A DNA stretch of 64,000 nt from Candidatus Uhrbacteria bacterium (GTDB lineage Bacteria; Patescibacteriota; Patescibacteriia; UBA9934; GWF2-40-263): positions 138 to 64,137 of the forward strand of contig JACPHT010000001.1 of assembly GCA_016188475.1 (NCBI GenBank), read 5' to 3'. Below are positions 31,268 to 41,882 of this stretch, one piece after another (position 1 is the first letter of the stretch; every line of letters starts with the position of its first letter). The notes below the pieces were generated by a model that had not been told where the DNA came from, ran no database searches, and worked only from the letters and a program-made list of their open reading frames with translations. Made by a program: the position numbers and the translations under genes.

Positions 31268-32768
31268 GTGAAAATGAGTGACGTTTCGAAAATAAAATTA
31301 TCAAAAGAACAACAGCGATTATTATCGCAATCGTGTGAGAATAAATAATCGGCACAGAAGCAAATTGCGGTGAACCAAAAATTGTCACGAGTCTAAGCAT
31401 GATATACGACAAAGCAACTCCTAAAAGAGAGATAATCTGACCGAGAGGCAAAAAAATAATGCTTGCAACAAGCGCAATCAGTGCAACAGCCATCAGAGAC
31501 GGAACAAATGGAAGAACAATCGCGTTAGCAAGAGGAGCTATGACCGAGACTTGTCCAAAATTCCAAATTAAAATCGGCAATGTAAAAATAATCGCAACAC
31601 AGGATGAAGAAATTGATGTTCTGATTTCAAAAGTGTTTGGAATAAACTCGAACCATTTTTCAACAAGCGGGAATACAAACAACAGCGCAACAGTCGCGAC
31701 AAATGAAAGCTGAAATCCAATATCATCTAGCAATAATCGAGGATTCACAAGAAGCATTACTGTCAAAGTCAAAAGAAGAACATTAACCATGCGTGCTTGT
31801 CGTCCAATCGCAAGTTGAAGAATCAAAAGTCCTGCCATAATTCCAGCGCGAACAACAGCCGGTGTCGCGCCTGCCGCGATGATATAAAAAAGCAAAAACA
31901 CGCTCGCAATGATGAGACCTTTTCGTTTCCCAAGCGGACTCAATAAAAGCCAATGCAAAAGAACAACTGAAAACAATGATACATTCACACCAGACGCGGC
32001 AAGAATATGCGAAAGTCCAGTACGAGAAAAATCATCGCGTAAATTGTCTGAAAGAGAAGCTCCTCCTCCGAAAAGCAATCCTGACACAAACGAGCTGTGC
32101 GGTTCATTAAAAATATATCCCAATCTGTCAATGATTTTTTCTTTGAAAGATAGAATGATTTTTAGCAATCCATTTGACTCTCCGTTTGATACAAAAACAA
32201 ACTGCGGGAATGAACACACGGCAAGAATTCCTCGCGACTGCAAAAGTTTGTCGTATGCAAAACCATTGAACGGTTCTGGTTTTTCCAATCTGCAAGAGAA
32301 CGTGAGTGTATCGCCATACGACACCAGCGGAAAAAGTGGCGCGCGTACAAGAAGTTTTCCGAATACTGATTCGTCAGCAACATTTAATTTTGAAAGAATG
32401 ATTTGCTGACCATTCACCCGACGTTCAACTTCATTGAGAACCCTTCCCCGCACTCGCACTGATATATCAGTTCGATCAGCAACTGTTGCAAGATAGGATG
32501 GGACTTCACTTTGTTGATATCGAAAAATTCCAAAAAAGAAGCTAAAAAGAAGAAGAAAAATGAGACGATTTTTTTTGGAGCGGAGGAAAAAAAAGACAAG
32601 AAGAAAAGGAAGTAACGGAAGAAAGGTCGGAAAGGACCAAAAGGTCGGAAAAGACCAAAAAATCGGAAAGGTATAATAAATCGAAGTTATAAAGATTCCG
32701 ACAACAAAGGCGATCAAAACAACCGCAAGAGTTTTTGAAGGTGATTTTACGATTTGTGAGAATCGCAT
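31245..32768 (-). CDS. comEC: ComEC/Rec2 competence channel protein
   Basis: GLSHILAASG.N, VVRAGIM, DIGFQLSF; multi-TM. Confidence 0.92.
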   Translation of the reverse strand: MRFSQIVKSPSKTLAVVLIAFVVGIFITSIYYTFPIFWSFPTFWSFPTFLPLLPFLLVFFFLRSKKNRLIFLLLFSFFFGIFRYQQSEVPSYLATVADRTDISVRVRGRVLNEVERRVNGQQIILSKLNVADESVFGKLLVRAPLFPLVSYGDTLTFSCRLEKPEPFNGFAYDKLLQSRGILAVCSFPQFVFVSNGESNGLLKIILSFKEKIIDRLGYIFNEPHSSFVSGLLFGGGASLSDNLRDDFSRTGLSHILAASGVNVSLFSVVLLHWLLLSPLGKRKGLIIASVFLLFYIIAAGATPAVVRAGIMAGLLILQLAIGRQARMVNVLLLTLTVMLLVNPRLLLDDIGFQLSFVATVALLFVFPLVEKWFEFIPNTFEIRTSISSSCVAIIFTLPILIWNFGQVSVIAPLANAIVLPFVPSLMAVALIALVASIIFLPLGQIISLLGVALSYIMLRLVTIFGSPQFASVPIIYSHTIAIIIAVVLLIILFSKRHSFSHATRNTS

Positions 32769-34075
32769 AGCCCGACTCCAAAATACGAAAATCCAATACG
32801 TTCAAGATCAAGATCAGCAAGCGCGTTTCGACCATCAAAAATGATCGGTTCTATCATGGAAGACTTGAGTGTTTCAAATGAAACGCCTCGAAACTCTGGC
32901 CATTCAGTTAGAACGATCAACGCCTCTGCGCCAGAAGCGGCATCAATCGGCGTTGTTGTATATACAACAGAGTTTGGTAAAACACGCGCCGCGTTCTGCA
33001 TTGCTTTTGGATCAAACACGGAAACATCAGCACCTGCTCCGACGAGTCGTTGAACAATATCAATCGCGGCTGACTCACGAATATCATCTGTGTCTGGTTT
33101 GAAAGACAATCCCCATACTCCAATCTTCCTTCCTTTGAGCGTGCCGAGAATTGAAACTATTTTTTTAAAAAACAATTCTCGCTGACGATTATTAACTTCA
33201 ATTACAGCGTTGAGCAATCTAAAATCGTAGCCGTTAATACCGGCGTAAGATTTAAGCGCGGCAACATCTTTTGGAAAACATGATCCACCAAAACCGATTC
33301 CTGAACGCAAAAAAAGAGGACCAATTCGTTTGTCCAAACCAACACCGCGAGCGATCTCTCGAACGTCCGCGCCAGTTCTTTCAACAATATTTGCAATTTC
33401 ATTTATGAAAGAAATTTTTGTTGCAAGAAAAGCGTTTGAAGCAACTTTTATAAGTTCGGCCGATTCAATGCTGGTTCGCAAAAATATGCTTTTAATTCCT
33501 TCATGCATTTGCTCAACTGTTCGAAAAGTAATTTCATCATCTGCGCCAATCACAACACGATCTGGCGCAAGAAAATCTTGCAAAGCTGAACCTTCGCGTA
33601 AAAATTCCGGAACAGATGCAACGCGAATCAAGCTTACAAGATCGTCTTTGCCTCGTTTTGTGAGTTCATCGCGGATGATTTTCAAAATATGACGATTGGT
33701 TCCAACAGGAACAGTGCTTTTAACGACAATGAGAGATTCATGATTAAGAAGCCGGCCAATCTGTTCTGCGGCTGAATCAAGATATGTTAGATCTGCTTGA
33801 CCGTTTGTTTTAGGCGGGGTCTGAACTGCGATCATGAGAACTTGCGCCCCATCAATCACACTTTCTAACTCAGTTGTAAAAACAATCTGTCCGCTTTCTT
33901 GCATGGCTTTTAGTTGTTCTTCAAGACCGGGTTCAAAAAAAGGCGTTTGGCCTAAATCAAGCTTTGCAATTTTTGTTGAATCAGTATCAACACACGCAAC
34001 GCGATTCCCAAGACCTGCAAATCCTAAACCAGATGTTAGACCAACATAACCTGTTCCGATCATGACGATGTTCAT
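32747..34075 (-). CDS. ugd: UDP-glucose/GDP-mannose 6-dehydrogenase
   Basis: GTGYVGL, KSTVPVGT, PEFLREG, GFGGSCFPKD, FKPDTDD. Confidence 0.95.
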   Translation of the reverse strand: MNIVMIGTGYVGLTSGLGFAGLGNRVACVDTDSTKIAKLDLGQTPFFEPGLEEQLKAMQESGQIVFTTELESVIDGAQVLMIAVQTPPKTNGQADLTYLDSAAEQIGRLLNHESLIVVKSTVPVGTNRHILKIIRDELTKRGKDDLVSLIRVASVPEFLREGSALQDFLAPDRVVIGADDEITFRTVEQMHEGIKSIFLRTSIESAELIKVASNAFLATKISFINEIANIVERTGADVREIARGVGLDKRIGPLFLRSGIGFGGSCFPKDVAALKSYAGINGYDFRLLNAVIEVNNRQRELFFKKIVSILGTLKGRKIGVWGLSFKPDTDDIRESAAIDIVQRLVGAGADVSVFDPKAMQNAARVLPNSVVYTTTPIDAASGAEALIVLTEWPEFRGVSFETLKSSMIEPIIFDGRNALADLDLERIGFSYFGVGLCDSHKS

Positions 34076-34112
34076 AAAAATTAGAAGCTAGAAGCAAGAA
34101 GAAAGAAGTTGG

Positions 34113-34673
34113 TTATTTACTGCTCCAAATTTTACTTTCTAATTCCATCCTTGAAGGCTGATGATATTTTGCTCGGATGCACTGTACACGAAAGTCTTGT
34201 TCAATCCAACCGAGCTGACCAGAATCAACCAAATCCAATAATTCATCGAGTGTTACCCAACGAATTTGAATTTTTTCTCCGGCGTCAAGATTCTGCTCTT
34301 GCATGGAACTGCAGTCACGCGCCACATAAACAAAAATACTCCAATCCATTTTGTGAGACGGTTCAACTGAATGAAACAAACTCCAATCTTCAGAAACAAA
34401 ACCAGATTCCTCAAGCAGTTCTCTTTTTGCGCCATCAAGCGTCTCTTCGTTTTCTTCAATTCTTCCACCCGGTAAACATAAAAATGGAGGTTTCCCTGGT
34501 TGTTCTTGTTCTTGCAACATTATTTTTCCGTCTTTTGTCGCAATTATCTCGGCAGTGTCAGCCCGTTTTAGCATTTCAAAAGTTTCGATTGTTCCGTCGA
34601 ACATTTCTTGCGGCCATTGATATACATCAAACAAGACCCCCTCAAAAACCCGCTTAGCTTTTTCTGGAATCAT
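34113..34673 (-). CDS. NUDIX hydrolase (ADP-ribose pyrophosphatase-like)
   Basis: Nudix box GGRIEENEETLDGAKRELLEESG. Confidence 0.9.
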   Translation of the reverse strand: MIPEKAKRVFEGVLFDVYQWPQEMFDGTIETFEMLKRADTAEIIATKDGKIMLQEQEQPGKPPFLCLPGGRIEENEETLDGAKRELLEESGFVSEDWSLFHSVEPSHKMDWSIFVYVARDCSSMQEQNLDAGEKIQIRWVTLDELLDLVDSGQLGWIEQDFRVQCIRAKYHQPSRMELESKIWSSK

Positions 34674-34675
34674 AA

Positions 34676-37078
34676 TTATTTCACAACAATACTTACGATT
34701 CGTCCCTTCACATAAACAACTTTTTCAACTGTCTTACCTTCCAGATATTTTTTAACTTTTTCGTTTTCGAGAGCCAACTGTTTTGCAATTTTTTCTTCAA
34801 CATCAGGAGAGATTTCTAAAATTCCTCGAACTTTTCCATTCACCTGAACAGCGACCGAAATGATTTCCTCTTTTGCCAGTTCTTGATTGTGTATTGGCCA
34901 ACTTTGTTGTTCAAGAAGTTCTTTTCCACCAAGTTGTTCATGAAGTTCGTTTGACAGATGCGGCGCAAATGGACAGAGTAAGCGCAAAAATATCATAAAA
35001 CTTTCTTTTGAGATCGATCCGTTCTCTTTTGCCGCGTTCACAAAAATCATCATCTGCGAAACAGCTGTGTTGAAATGCATGTGTTCAATATCATCCGTGA
35101 CTTTTTTGATTGTTTGATGAAGTAAACGAGTGATCTTTTCTACTTCCGACTTTTCAGACCTTTCAGACTTTTCAGACCTTGTTGCCACATCTCCAACTTT
35201 CTCCAAAAACCTTCTCATACCAACAAGTCCGTTCATGCTCCACGGAACAGGTTCACCAAATGGACCCATAAACAATTCATACAAACGGACTGAATCAGCT
35301 CCGTACTCACTTACCATTTCATCTGGATTCACAACATTGCCTTTTGACTTCGACATCTTTGTTCCATCTTCTGCCAAAACAAGACCATGGCTTGTTCGCT
35401 TAGCATAAGGTTCGCTCACAGCAACATGTCCGCGATCAAACAAAAACTTATTCCAAAAACGTGAGTACAAAAGATGAAGTGTTGTGTGTTCCATTCCGCC
35501 GTTGTACCAATCAACAGGCATCCAATGTTTTAATTTTTTCTTGTCCGCAAACACTTTTTTATTTTTTGAATCAATGTACCGTAAAAAGTACCAACTTGAT
35601 CCTGCCCAATTTGGCATTGTGTCTGTTTCGCGTTTGGCAGGACCTCCACACTTTGGACATTTTGTATTTACCCAATCATGAATCGCGGCAAGAGGCGACT
35701 CGCCATTTTCTGTTGGTTCGTATTTTTCAACATCAGGCAATTGCACAGGAAGTTGTTTTTCTGGGACCGGAATCCACCCACACGCTTCACAATACACAAG
35801 TGGAATCGGCTCTCCCCAATACCTTTGGCGTGAAAAAACCCAATCACGAAGTTTGTATTGAACAGACTTTTTCCCGCCAGATTTCTCAATCGCTTCATCA
35901 AATGAAATGAGCGATCTGTCAACAATCGGTAGCCCAAACTTTTCAGCAAACTCACAATCTCGCTTGTCATGTTGAGGAACAGCCATCACAGCTCCTGTTC
36001 CATATTCACCCAAAACGTAATCAGCGACCCACACAGAAATTTTTTCTTTGTTTGCCGGATTGATGACAAACACGCCTGTTGGAACTCCTGTTTTTTCTTT
36101 ATTCTCTGCCTCGCGTTCTTTTTTATCTCGCTTGAGCGCTTGTTCAATATATCTTTTAACTTCTTCGCTCGACCTCCAACCATCTGCGATCCATTGTTGA
36201 GCTAACTCCGGAGAAATCACCAAAAACGTCGCGCCTAGAATTGTGTCAGGGCGAGTTGTGAAGACCTCGATCGACTCAACATCAGGAGATTGCTTCGCAG
36301 AGTTTACCATGAGCGAAGACAAATTTAAGCCTTCGACAGGCTCAGGCAATAAATTTGTCGAAGTCGAATGACTCACAATGACAAAACTGATTTTCGCTCC
36401 TTCGCTTTTTCCAATCCAATTTTTTTGTTGCGTTTTTATTTTTTCCAAATAATCAACTGTGTCCAAATCTTCCAACAACCGATCCGCGTATTTTGTGATC
36501 GCGATCATCCATTGCGCTTTTTCACGCTTCTCGGTCGGCCCGCCGCAACGTTCGCATTTTCCATCAACAACTTCTTCATTTGCCAAACCGATCTTGCACG
36601 ACACACACCAATTGATCGGCATCTTTGCTTTGTACGCAAGTCCTTCTTTGAAAAATTCCAAAAACATCCACTGCGTCCATTTGTAATATCCAGGATCGGT
36701 CGTATTCACTTCACGAGACCAATCAAAACTCAAACCAAACGATTGAAGTTGACGCTTGAACGTCGCGATATTTTCCGCTGTAACGTCTTGTGGTTTGCGT
36801 CCTGTTTTGATCGCGTAGTTTTCTGTTGGAAGTCCAAACGCATCCCAACCGATTGGATACAAGACATTGAAACCTTCCATTCTCCGCTTGCGAGCAACAA
36901 CGTCCATTGCCGTATAACTTCTCGGATGGCCCATGTGGAGTCCAGCGCCTGACGGATATGGAAATTCAATCAAACAATAGTACTTTGGTTTTTTTGATTT
37001 ATCTTGCGCTTGAAAAACACCGGCTTGTTCCCAGCGCTTCTGCCACTTTTTTTCAATTTGCTTGTGATTATAAGGCAT
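34676..37078 (-). CDS. leuS: Leucine--tRNA ligase with in-frame palindromic insert
   Basis: FPYPSGAGLHMGH, FTTRPDT, SRQRYWG, KMSKS. Confidence 0.97.
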   Translation of the reverse strand: MPYNHKQIEKKWQKRWEQAGVFQAQDKSKKPKYYCLIEFPYPSGAGLHMGHPRSYTAMDVVARKRRMEGFNVLYPIGWDAFGLPTENYAIKTGRKPQDVTAENIATFKRQLQSFGLSFDWSREVNTTDPGYYKWTQWMFLEFFKEGLAYKAKMPINWCVSCKIGLANEEVVDGKCERCGGPTEKREKAQWMIAITKYADRLLEDLDTVDYLEKIKTQQKNWIGKSEGAKISFVIVSHSTSTNLLPEPVEGLNLSSLMVNSAKQSPDVESIEVFTTRPDTILGATFLVISPELAQQWIADGWRSSEEVKRYIEQALKRDKKEREAENKEKTGVPTGVFVINPANKEKISVWVADYVLGEYGTGAVMAVPQHDKRDCEFAEKFGLPIVDRSLISFDEAIEKSGGKKSVQYKLRDWVFSRQRYWGEPIPLVYCEACGWIPVPEKQLPVQLPDVEKYEPTENGESPLAAIHDWVNTKCPKCGGPAKRETDTMPNWAGSSWYFLRYIDSKNKKVFADKKKLKHWMPVDWYNGGMEHTTLHLLYSRFWNKFLFDRGHVAVSEPYAKRTSHGLVLAEDGTKMSKSKGNVVNPDEMVSEYGADSVRLYELFMGPFGEPVPWSMNGLVGMRRFLEKVGDVATRSEKSERSEKSEVEKITRLLHQTIKKVTDDIEHMHFNTAVSQMMIFVNAAKENGSISKESFMIFLRLLCPFAPHLSNELHEQLGGKELLEQQSWPIHNQELAKEEIISVAVQVNGKVRGILEISPDVEEKIAKQLALENEKVKKYLEGKTVEKVVYVKGRIVSIVVK
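36288..36382. repeat. Nested REP-like palindromic element in frame within leuS
   Basis: GATTGCTTCG...GAGCGAAG...CCTTCGACAGGCTCAGG...GTCGAATG...CAATGAC; near-copy in trxB. Confidence 0.85.
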
Positions 37079-37100
37079 ACTAAATTTTAGACCTTGGTCT

Positions 37101-37234
37101 GTCATCCTGAGCCCTTCGACTTCGGTAAAGTTATCGCCTGAGCCTGTCGAAGGCCATAACTTTACCTTCGCTCAGGGTATAAACTCCGTGAAGAATCTTT
37201 TGTTTAGAAGATCATTCGCTACGCTCAGAATGAC
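37101..37234. repeat. Nested REP-like palindromic cluster upstream of leuS
   Basis: GTCATCCTGAGC...CCTGAGCCTGTCGAAGG...GCTCAGAATGAC. Confidence 0.8.
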
Positions 37235-37352
37235 TGAAACGCAATTCATTATTGATCCTATCACGGCGATCATAACAAAAATACGAACCGTTGACAAAAC
37301 CGAATGATTTTGATATCTTAAAAAGCCGTCACACAAAAGAATAGGAGGCAGA

Positions 37353-38177
37353 ATGCTGGACGGATTTGTTCTTTCACATCGGTTGGCCTTGTTTCAACGT
37401 GACCGAGCACGGATTCGGGACAATGTAATTGACAGTCTCTTTCCTGCGATCTGGCAAATGGAAATCTCTCCTATTCCAGAGAATGTCTTCAGAAATTCCC
37501 GCGAAGCCCATTTGCAGGTAATGGGTGTTGAGCTCCACATTGCTGAACTTCTCAACGGATTCGTTGGAAGTCTCACGCCGATCGAGCGGCGATTGTTCGA
37601 GATAGTTCTTCTGCACAGACTCAACTGTCTTTACTCTTGTCTTGGATTACAAAACCCGATCAATCATCGTGCGGTCGTGATAACAGGCACGATGTTTCAA
37701 GACAGACTCGCTCTTCAGCTTCTGGATATGGACGAAAGACAACACGGCTGGATGTTTGTCCAAGGACAGCGAAACAGCAAAATGAGCCACGAATGGACGA
37801 TCCAATTTTCAGGCGCGTGCGCGCTTGCACGAATAATCCAGGCTCTGGGTTGTATTGAAACAGCGAGAGTCTACCTCGCTAATATTCTTGATGATGCTGA
37901 TTTCGGTATTGACCTTTTTGTCTCTCGCGGATCGCGAGATTTCGCAATCAGCGTCAAGTCACAATACACCCCAACCCCCATGACTGTTGCTCATGTTCCA
38001 ATCCGACCACTTCAGGATAATAATGAACGGAATATTTTTGACGGTTCAAGGCTCGCTGGAAGACATTACGACATTCCGTTCATTCCTTTGCTGGCGATCG
38101 TTGGAAGAAACGGAAACCAACCGTTCGATCTAACATTGCACAGAGAAGACGTCGAAGCTCTTCGACGATGGCTCTAA
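37353..38177 (+). CDS. Hypothetical protein, possible PD-(D/E)xK-like motif
   Basis: AGGAGG SD, upstream TTGACA at 37291, downstream hairpin-T run; GIDLFV...AISVKS. Confidence 0.7.
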   Translation: MLDGFVLSHRLALFQRDRARIRDNVIDSLFPAIWQMEISPIPENVFRNSREAHLQVMGVELHIAELLNGFVGSLTPIERRLFEIVLLHRLNCLYSCLGLQNPINHRAVVITGTMFQDRLALQLLDMDERQHGWMFVQGQRNSKMSHEWTIQFSGACALARIIQALGCIETARVYLANILDDADFGIDLFVSRGSRDFAISVKSQYTPTPMTVAHVPIRPLQDNNERNIFDGSRLAGRHYDIPFIPLLAIVGRNGNQPFDLTLHREDVEALRRWL

Positions 38178-38219
38178 ATTCCATGACTCACATGGAATTT
38201 TTTTATTTTTAGGTGGATT

Positions 38220-39440
38220 TTATTTTTGAGCTTTTGCGATTCTCTCAAGCGCCAAAATAAATGCTGAGCGCCGTAAATCAGTTTTCAAATTTTTTGCCTG
38301 ATCAAAAATTTGCAGAGCTTGTTCTTGAATGTTTGTTTTAAGTTTCATAAAAACATCAGCCTCGCTCCAATGTTCGCCTTTGATATTTTGTTCCCATTCG
38401 TAAGTTGAGACTGTTACGCCTCCGGAATTGGCAAGAATATCTGGAATGACTGGAACACCTTTCGCAAACAACACGTCGTCCGCTTCAGGAGTTGTTGGGC
38501 CGTTTGCAAGTTCCAAAACAACTTTCGCTTGAATACGCGCGACATTATCTTCACGGATCTGATTTTCAAGAGCGGCTGGAATTAGAAGATCGCACGGTTC
38601 AAACAACAATTCGCTTCCTTCAAATGTTTCACCTCCAGCAAAGTCTCGCACAGAACCTGACGTTTTTTTGTGTTCAAGAAGCGCTGCAATATCAAGTCCG
38701 TTTTGATTTCGAACTGCTGATTTTGAATCAGATACTGCTACAATTTTGTGTCCGGCTTTCAACCATAATTCTGCCGCGTGTTCTCCTGCATTCCCAAAAC
38801 CTTGAATCACGACTTTGCAGGAATCTGACAAACCAAAATTTAGTCGCAATGCTTCAAACACATAAAACCCGCCTTGCGCTGTTGCTGTGCCGCGTCCTTC
38901 AGACCCTCCAACCTCGAGCGGCTTGCCAGTAATCACAGCTCCGCTTCTGTCACCTGTTATTTTTCCGTATTCGTCAGACATCCAAGCCATAATTTGTGGA
39001 GTTGTGTTTACGTCAGGCGCTGGAACATCTTTTTGAGGACCAACAACATCAGCAAGCGCACGCATCCAAGCGCGTGAAAGTTGTTCAAGTTCTGTAATCG
39101 ACAATTCTTTTGGATTGATTGTCGCGCCGCCTTTTCCTCCGCCCATTGGGATATTGGCAACAGCGCATTTGAGCGTCATCCAAAAAGCGAGCGCTTTGAC
39201 TTCTTCGATATCGGTGTCTTGATGAAATCGAATGCCGCCTTTATATGGCCCACGCCAATTATTATGTTGGACGCGATAAAATTCGACCATCTGCAAAGAA
39301 CCGTCGTCTTTTCGAAGTGGAATATGACCGCGAATTTCGCGATGCGGATATGAAATCTGCTCAATGAACGTTGAATCAAATTGTTTGACAGCTGTCGCGC
39401 GCGTAAGCTGGCGCATTGCATTTTCAAATGGGTTTTGCAT
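38220..39440 (-). CDS. gdhA: Glu/Leu/Phe/Val dehydrogenase (glutamate dehydrogenase)
   Basis: GPYKGGIRFH, GGGKGG, DVPAPD, GFGNAG, ELANGP, ANSGGV. Confidence 0.93.
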   Translation of the reverse strand: MQNPFENAMRQLTRATAVKQFDSTFIEQISYPHREIRGHIPLRKDDGSLQMVEFYRVQHNNWRGPYKGGIRFHQDTDIEEVKALAFWMTLKCAVANIPMGGGKGGATINPKELSITELEQLSRAWMRALADVVGPQKDVPAPDVNTTPQIMAWMSDEYGKITGDRSGAVITGKPLEVGGSEGRGTATAQGGFYVFEALRLNFGLSDSCKVVIQGFGNAGEHAAELWLKAGHKIVAVSDSKSAVRNQNGLDIAALLEHKKTSGSVRDFAGGETFEGSELLFEPCDLLIPAALENQIREDNVARIQAKVVLELANGPTTPEADDVLFAKGVPVIPDILANSGGVTVSTYEWEQNIKGEHWSEADVFMKLKTNIQEQALQIFDQAKNLKTDLRRSAFILALERIAKAQK

Positions 39441-39559
39441 AGTGCAGATAGTTTAAGTTTTCTTCAAATAAATTTCAATCTTAGATATGTTGACAAGTTT
39501 GATAAATCATTATAGTTTAAGGCAACCGTTGGTGACAGAACTAAAAAGGAGAAACGAAC

Positions 39560-39772
39560 ATGAAGTTCAGCAATCTCAAGGTCGGCGACTGGTTCGAGTT
39601 CGAAGGTAAAAGATACATCAAGATCGAATCTGCGGTTCGACACAATATCGAATGTCTCGCAGTCAATCTCTCGACAGGCCATATGGCGTTTCCTGCCGCT
39701 GGAACTTCATTCAATATTCACGACGTCGAAGTTGAACCGATTCTCAAGCCCTCATGGGCTGAACGTAAATAG
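39560..39772 (+). CDS. Small hypothetical protein
   Basis: 70 aa; AAGGAG SD; TTGACA upstream at 39490. Confidence 0.65.
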   Translation: MKFSNLKVGDWFEFEGKRYIKIESAVRHNIECLAVNLSTGHMAFPAAGTSFNIHDVEVEPILKPSWAERK

Positions 39773-39837
39773 GCGAGTTCAACTCTCGCTTGCTCTCAAG
39801 TCACTCTCTCTACACTTGGTTCTCCCAAGTGGTTTTT

Positions 39838-40236
39838 TTATTCTGTTGTTTGTCCGTCAAATTCCGCTTCATTTGCAACAGCTTCTTCTTTTGTCGCGCG
39901 AACAATTCCATCTTTGTGATGAGCTGGAGAATAAATTGTGTAAAACTTTAGATCTTCCGTGCTCGATGTATTTATAATGTTGTGTTGAGAACCAGTCGGA
40001 ACGATCACAACAACCCCATCTTTAAGTTCATATTCATTTCCATCAATCACACATTTGCCTTGTCCTTTTTCAAAACGAAAAAATTGATCGTTCTCTGGAT
40101 GAACTTCCATGCCGATTTCTTCATTTGGTTTTAGACTCATCAAAACGAGTTGGCTGTGTTTAGATGTGTACAAAACTTTTCTAAAACTATTATTTTCCAA
40201 AGTTGCGTTTTCGATGTTTGTTGTAAAGCCTTTCAT
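39838..40236 (-). CDS. Cupin domain protein
   Basis: EIGMEVHPENDQFF and VPTGSQHNIIN cupin motifs. Confidence 0.9.
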   Translation of the reverse strand: MKGFTTNIENATLENNSFRKVLYTSKHSQLVLMSLKPNEEIGMEVHPENDQFFRFEKGQGKCVIDGNEYELKDGVVVIVPTGSQHNIINTSSTEDLKFYTIYSPAHHKDGIVRATKEEAVANEAEFDGQTTE

Positions 40237-40246
40237 ATTTTTTTGA

Positions 40247-40435
40247 TTATGATTTTTTCTGAAAAAACTTTATGTAAACGATAGGCAAGATGCCAACAGT
40301 GTTAAGAACCAGAATCGCGATAAACCATTTCAACTGATTATTTCTTCCGGATTTCCACAATGCGATTCCTTTCCAAACCGCTTCCCAAATAGCCAACGGA
40401 ATTAACCAAGCAAGAGTTGAAGTGTCGAATTGCAT
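40247..40435 (-). CDS. Small membrane protein (DUF5652-like)
   Basis: WKGIALWKS...WF...NTVGILPIVY. Confidence 0.75.
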   Translation of the reverse strand: MQFDTSTLAWLIPLAIWEAVWKGIALWKSGRNNQLKWFIAILVLNTVGILPIVYIKFFQKKS

Positions 40436-40441
40436 ACAAAT

Positions 40442-40828
40442 TTAAATCGCACCAATATATTTTTGAATTAACTCAATATCTTTTTTGTCTTTTTCTCTTC
40501 CGAATTGTTTTTTCCATTCAATGACGTATTTCAGTTGCACAAAAGGAAAACTCGCTATTGTTTCTGCATTCTCAATCATTTCATTTATCCTGTCAGACAA
40601 TTCCAACCAATTCCTAAAAATTTCTACGTTGCCGATTTTAAGGCATGTCGAATTATCATGTAATGACATCGGGTATTTTTGAACCAGAATATCCCACAAG
40701 TCTTGTTTGACGATTATATCCAAATCTTCGGACTCTCTGATTCCTCTAACCGCCATTGAACCGCTTCCAAAAATCGCAAATTTTCCCGTCGGTAATTTTA
40801 ACAACTCAAGTTCACTAAGATATTTCAT
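40442..40828 (-). CDS. Nucleotidyltransferase-fold-like protein (probably a decayed distal cassette)
   Basis: FGSGSM...DLDI and GREKDKKDI; upstream ATTTCAGATAAT resembles the cassette end motif. Confidence 0.7.
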   Translation of the reverse strand: MKYLSELELLKLPTGKFAIFGSGSMAVRGIRESEDLDIIVKQDLWDILVQKYPMSLHDNSTCLKIGNVEIFRNWLELSDRINEMIENAETIASFPFVQLKYVIEWKKQFGREKDKKDIELIQKYIGAI

Positions 40829-40939
40829 ATTTATTGCACTAGGCCGGAAATAAATTTCAGATAATGTATCGTGGAAGCCGAAGTTTGTCGTAGCGTAGCG
40901 TAGACAAATTTGCGTGAGCGAGCGTTAAAAATTATTTTC

Positions 40940-41170
40940 TTATACCAAAAAACCATATTCTATTATTAACCCTATGACAAGAAGACTGAGTCCTACAAAG
41001 AATGAGGCCCACCATGGGTGATTTTTTATCTCTTGGCTAAAATGTTTGAGTCGAATGAGTTTGGTATTTTTTCCTGAAGTCTTAACGGTGGGCCGATTAC
41101 CAATAAAGTCACAGTCTTCGACTGTACAGTTATCTCCAGTAATATCTATAAATGGTTTTTTGTCTTCCAT
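40940..41170 (-). CDS. Cassette protein with C-terminal TM helix (decayed cassette)
   Basis: 76 aa; flanked by a 21-bp IR, but neighbouring attC-like sites are degenerate. Confidence 0.65.
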   Translation of the reverse strand: MEDKKPFIDITGDNCTVEDCDFIGNRPTVKTSGKNTKLIRLKHFSQEIKNHPWWASFFVGLSLLVIGLIIEYGFLV

Positions 41171-41209
41171 AAGAAAATAATTTTTAGCGAGCTAGCCGGC
41201 TAGCCAGTG

Positions 41210-41662
41210 TTAAGTGATGTTGCACACTATTTTCTCGGATTCTTTTAGGATTGTTTTGGCCAATGATCGTTCTTTGCTTGTTGTGGGATGAAAATGTATT
41301 TCTGTTTGATATTTTGGCCACTGATCATGCTGAACACGGAAAAAATGGACGATCTCTGCCTCAATAGCTTCAACATGAACACTATCCTCGAAAATCCATA
41401 CAATCAATGAGTGATCGCCATCTTCTTTTAGCCATTTATAACCATGATAGCCTGTTTTGTGATTTGGCTTTACGCCATACCGAATACGAGAACTCATTGA
41501 TTGTTTTGTGATGCCTACATAGTTAATGAGTCCATTTTTTCCGACCAAATATATCTTTTTTCCCTTTTTCGTGACCGGAGCTACAAAATGTCTGATTCCG
41601 TCATTGGCCAAAACAGAAACAATCTCATTATCCTTTACTTTGATTTTGTAAACAAAGTTCAT
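41210..41662 (-). CDS. Cassette: GIY-YIG-like nuclease
   Basis: KIYLV...NYVGIT...SRI and distal EAIEAEIV; cassette body 41209-41685. Confidence 0.7.
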   Translation of the reverse strand: MNFVYKIKVKDNEIVSVLANDGIRHFVAPVTKKGKKIYLVGKNGLINYVGITKQSMSSRIRYGVKPNHKTGYHGYKWLKEDGDHSLIVWIFEDSVHVEAIEAEIVHFFRVQHDQWPKYQTEIHFHPTTSKERSLAKTILKESEKIVCNIT

Positions 41663-41685
41663 AATAGTGCGCAATTTCACTTAAC

Positions 41686-41819
41686 GGCCGGCGGCTGATC
41701 CGAAGTAAAAAGACACCTGACGTTTTTATGTTACAGGTGTCTTTTTATTTTGGATAGCCGCCTGTTGTGCGACGTCGCTTTGCGACGGAGCGCAACAGAG
41801 GCGAAGCCGCCGGCATAAC
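41686..41819 (-). repeat. ORF-less mini-cassette, copy 1 (31-bp hairpin deleted)
   Basis: Matches the 165-bp unit with a deletion between CGGC direct repeats. Confidence 0.9.
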
Positions 41820-41871
41820 GTTTGCGTGTATGCGGTGTGGCGTCAGCCATATCGTATACACGCTGTTGTAC
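41813..41871 (-). other. attC-like site (59 bp)
   Basis: GCATAAC-gttt-GCGTGTATGCG...CGTATACACGC-t-GTTGTAC. Confidence 0.8.
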
Positions 41872-41882
41872 GGAGTTTGGGC

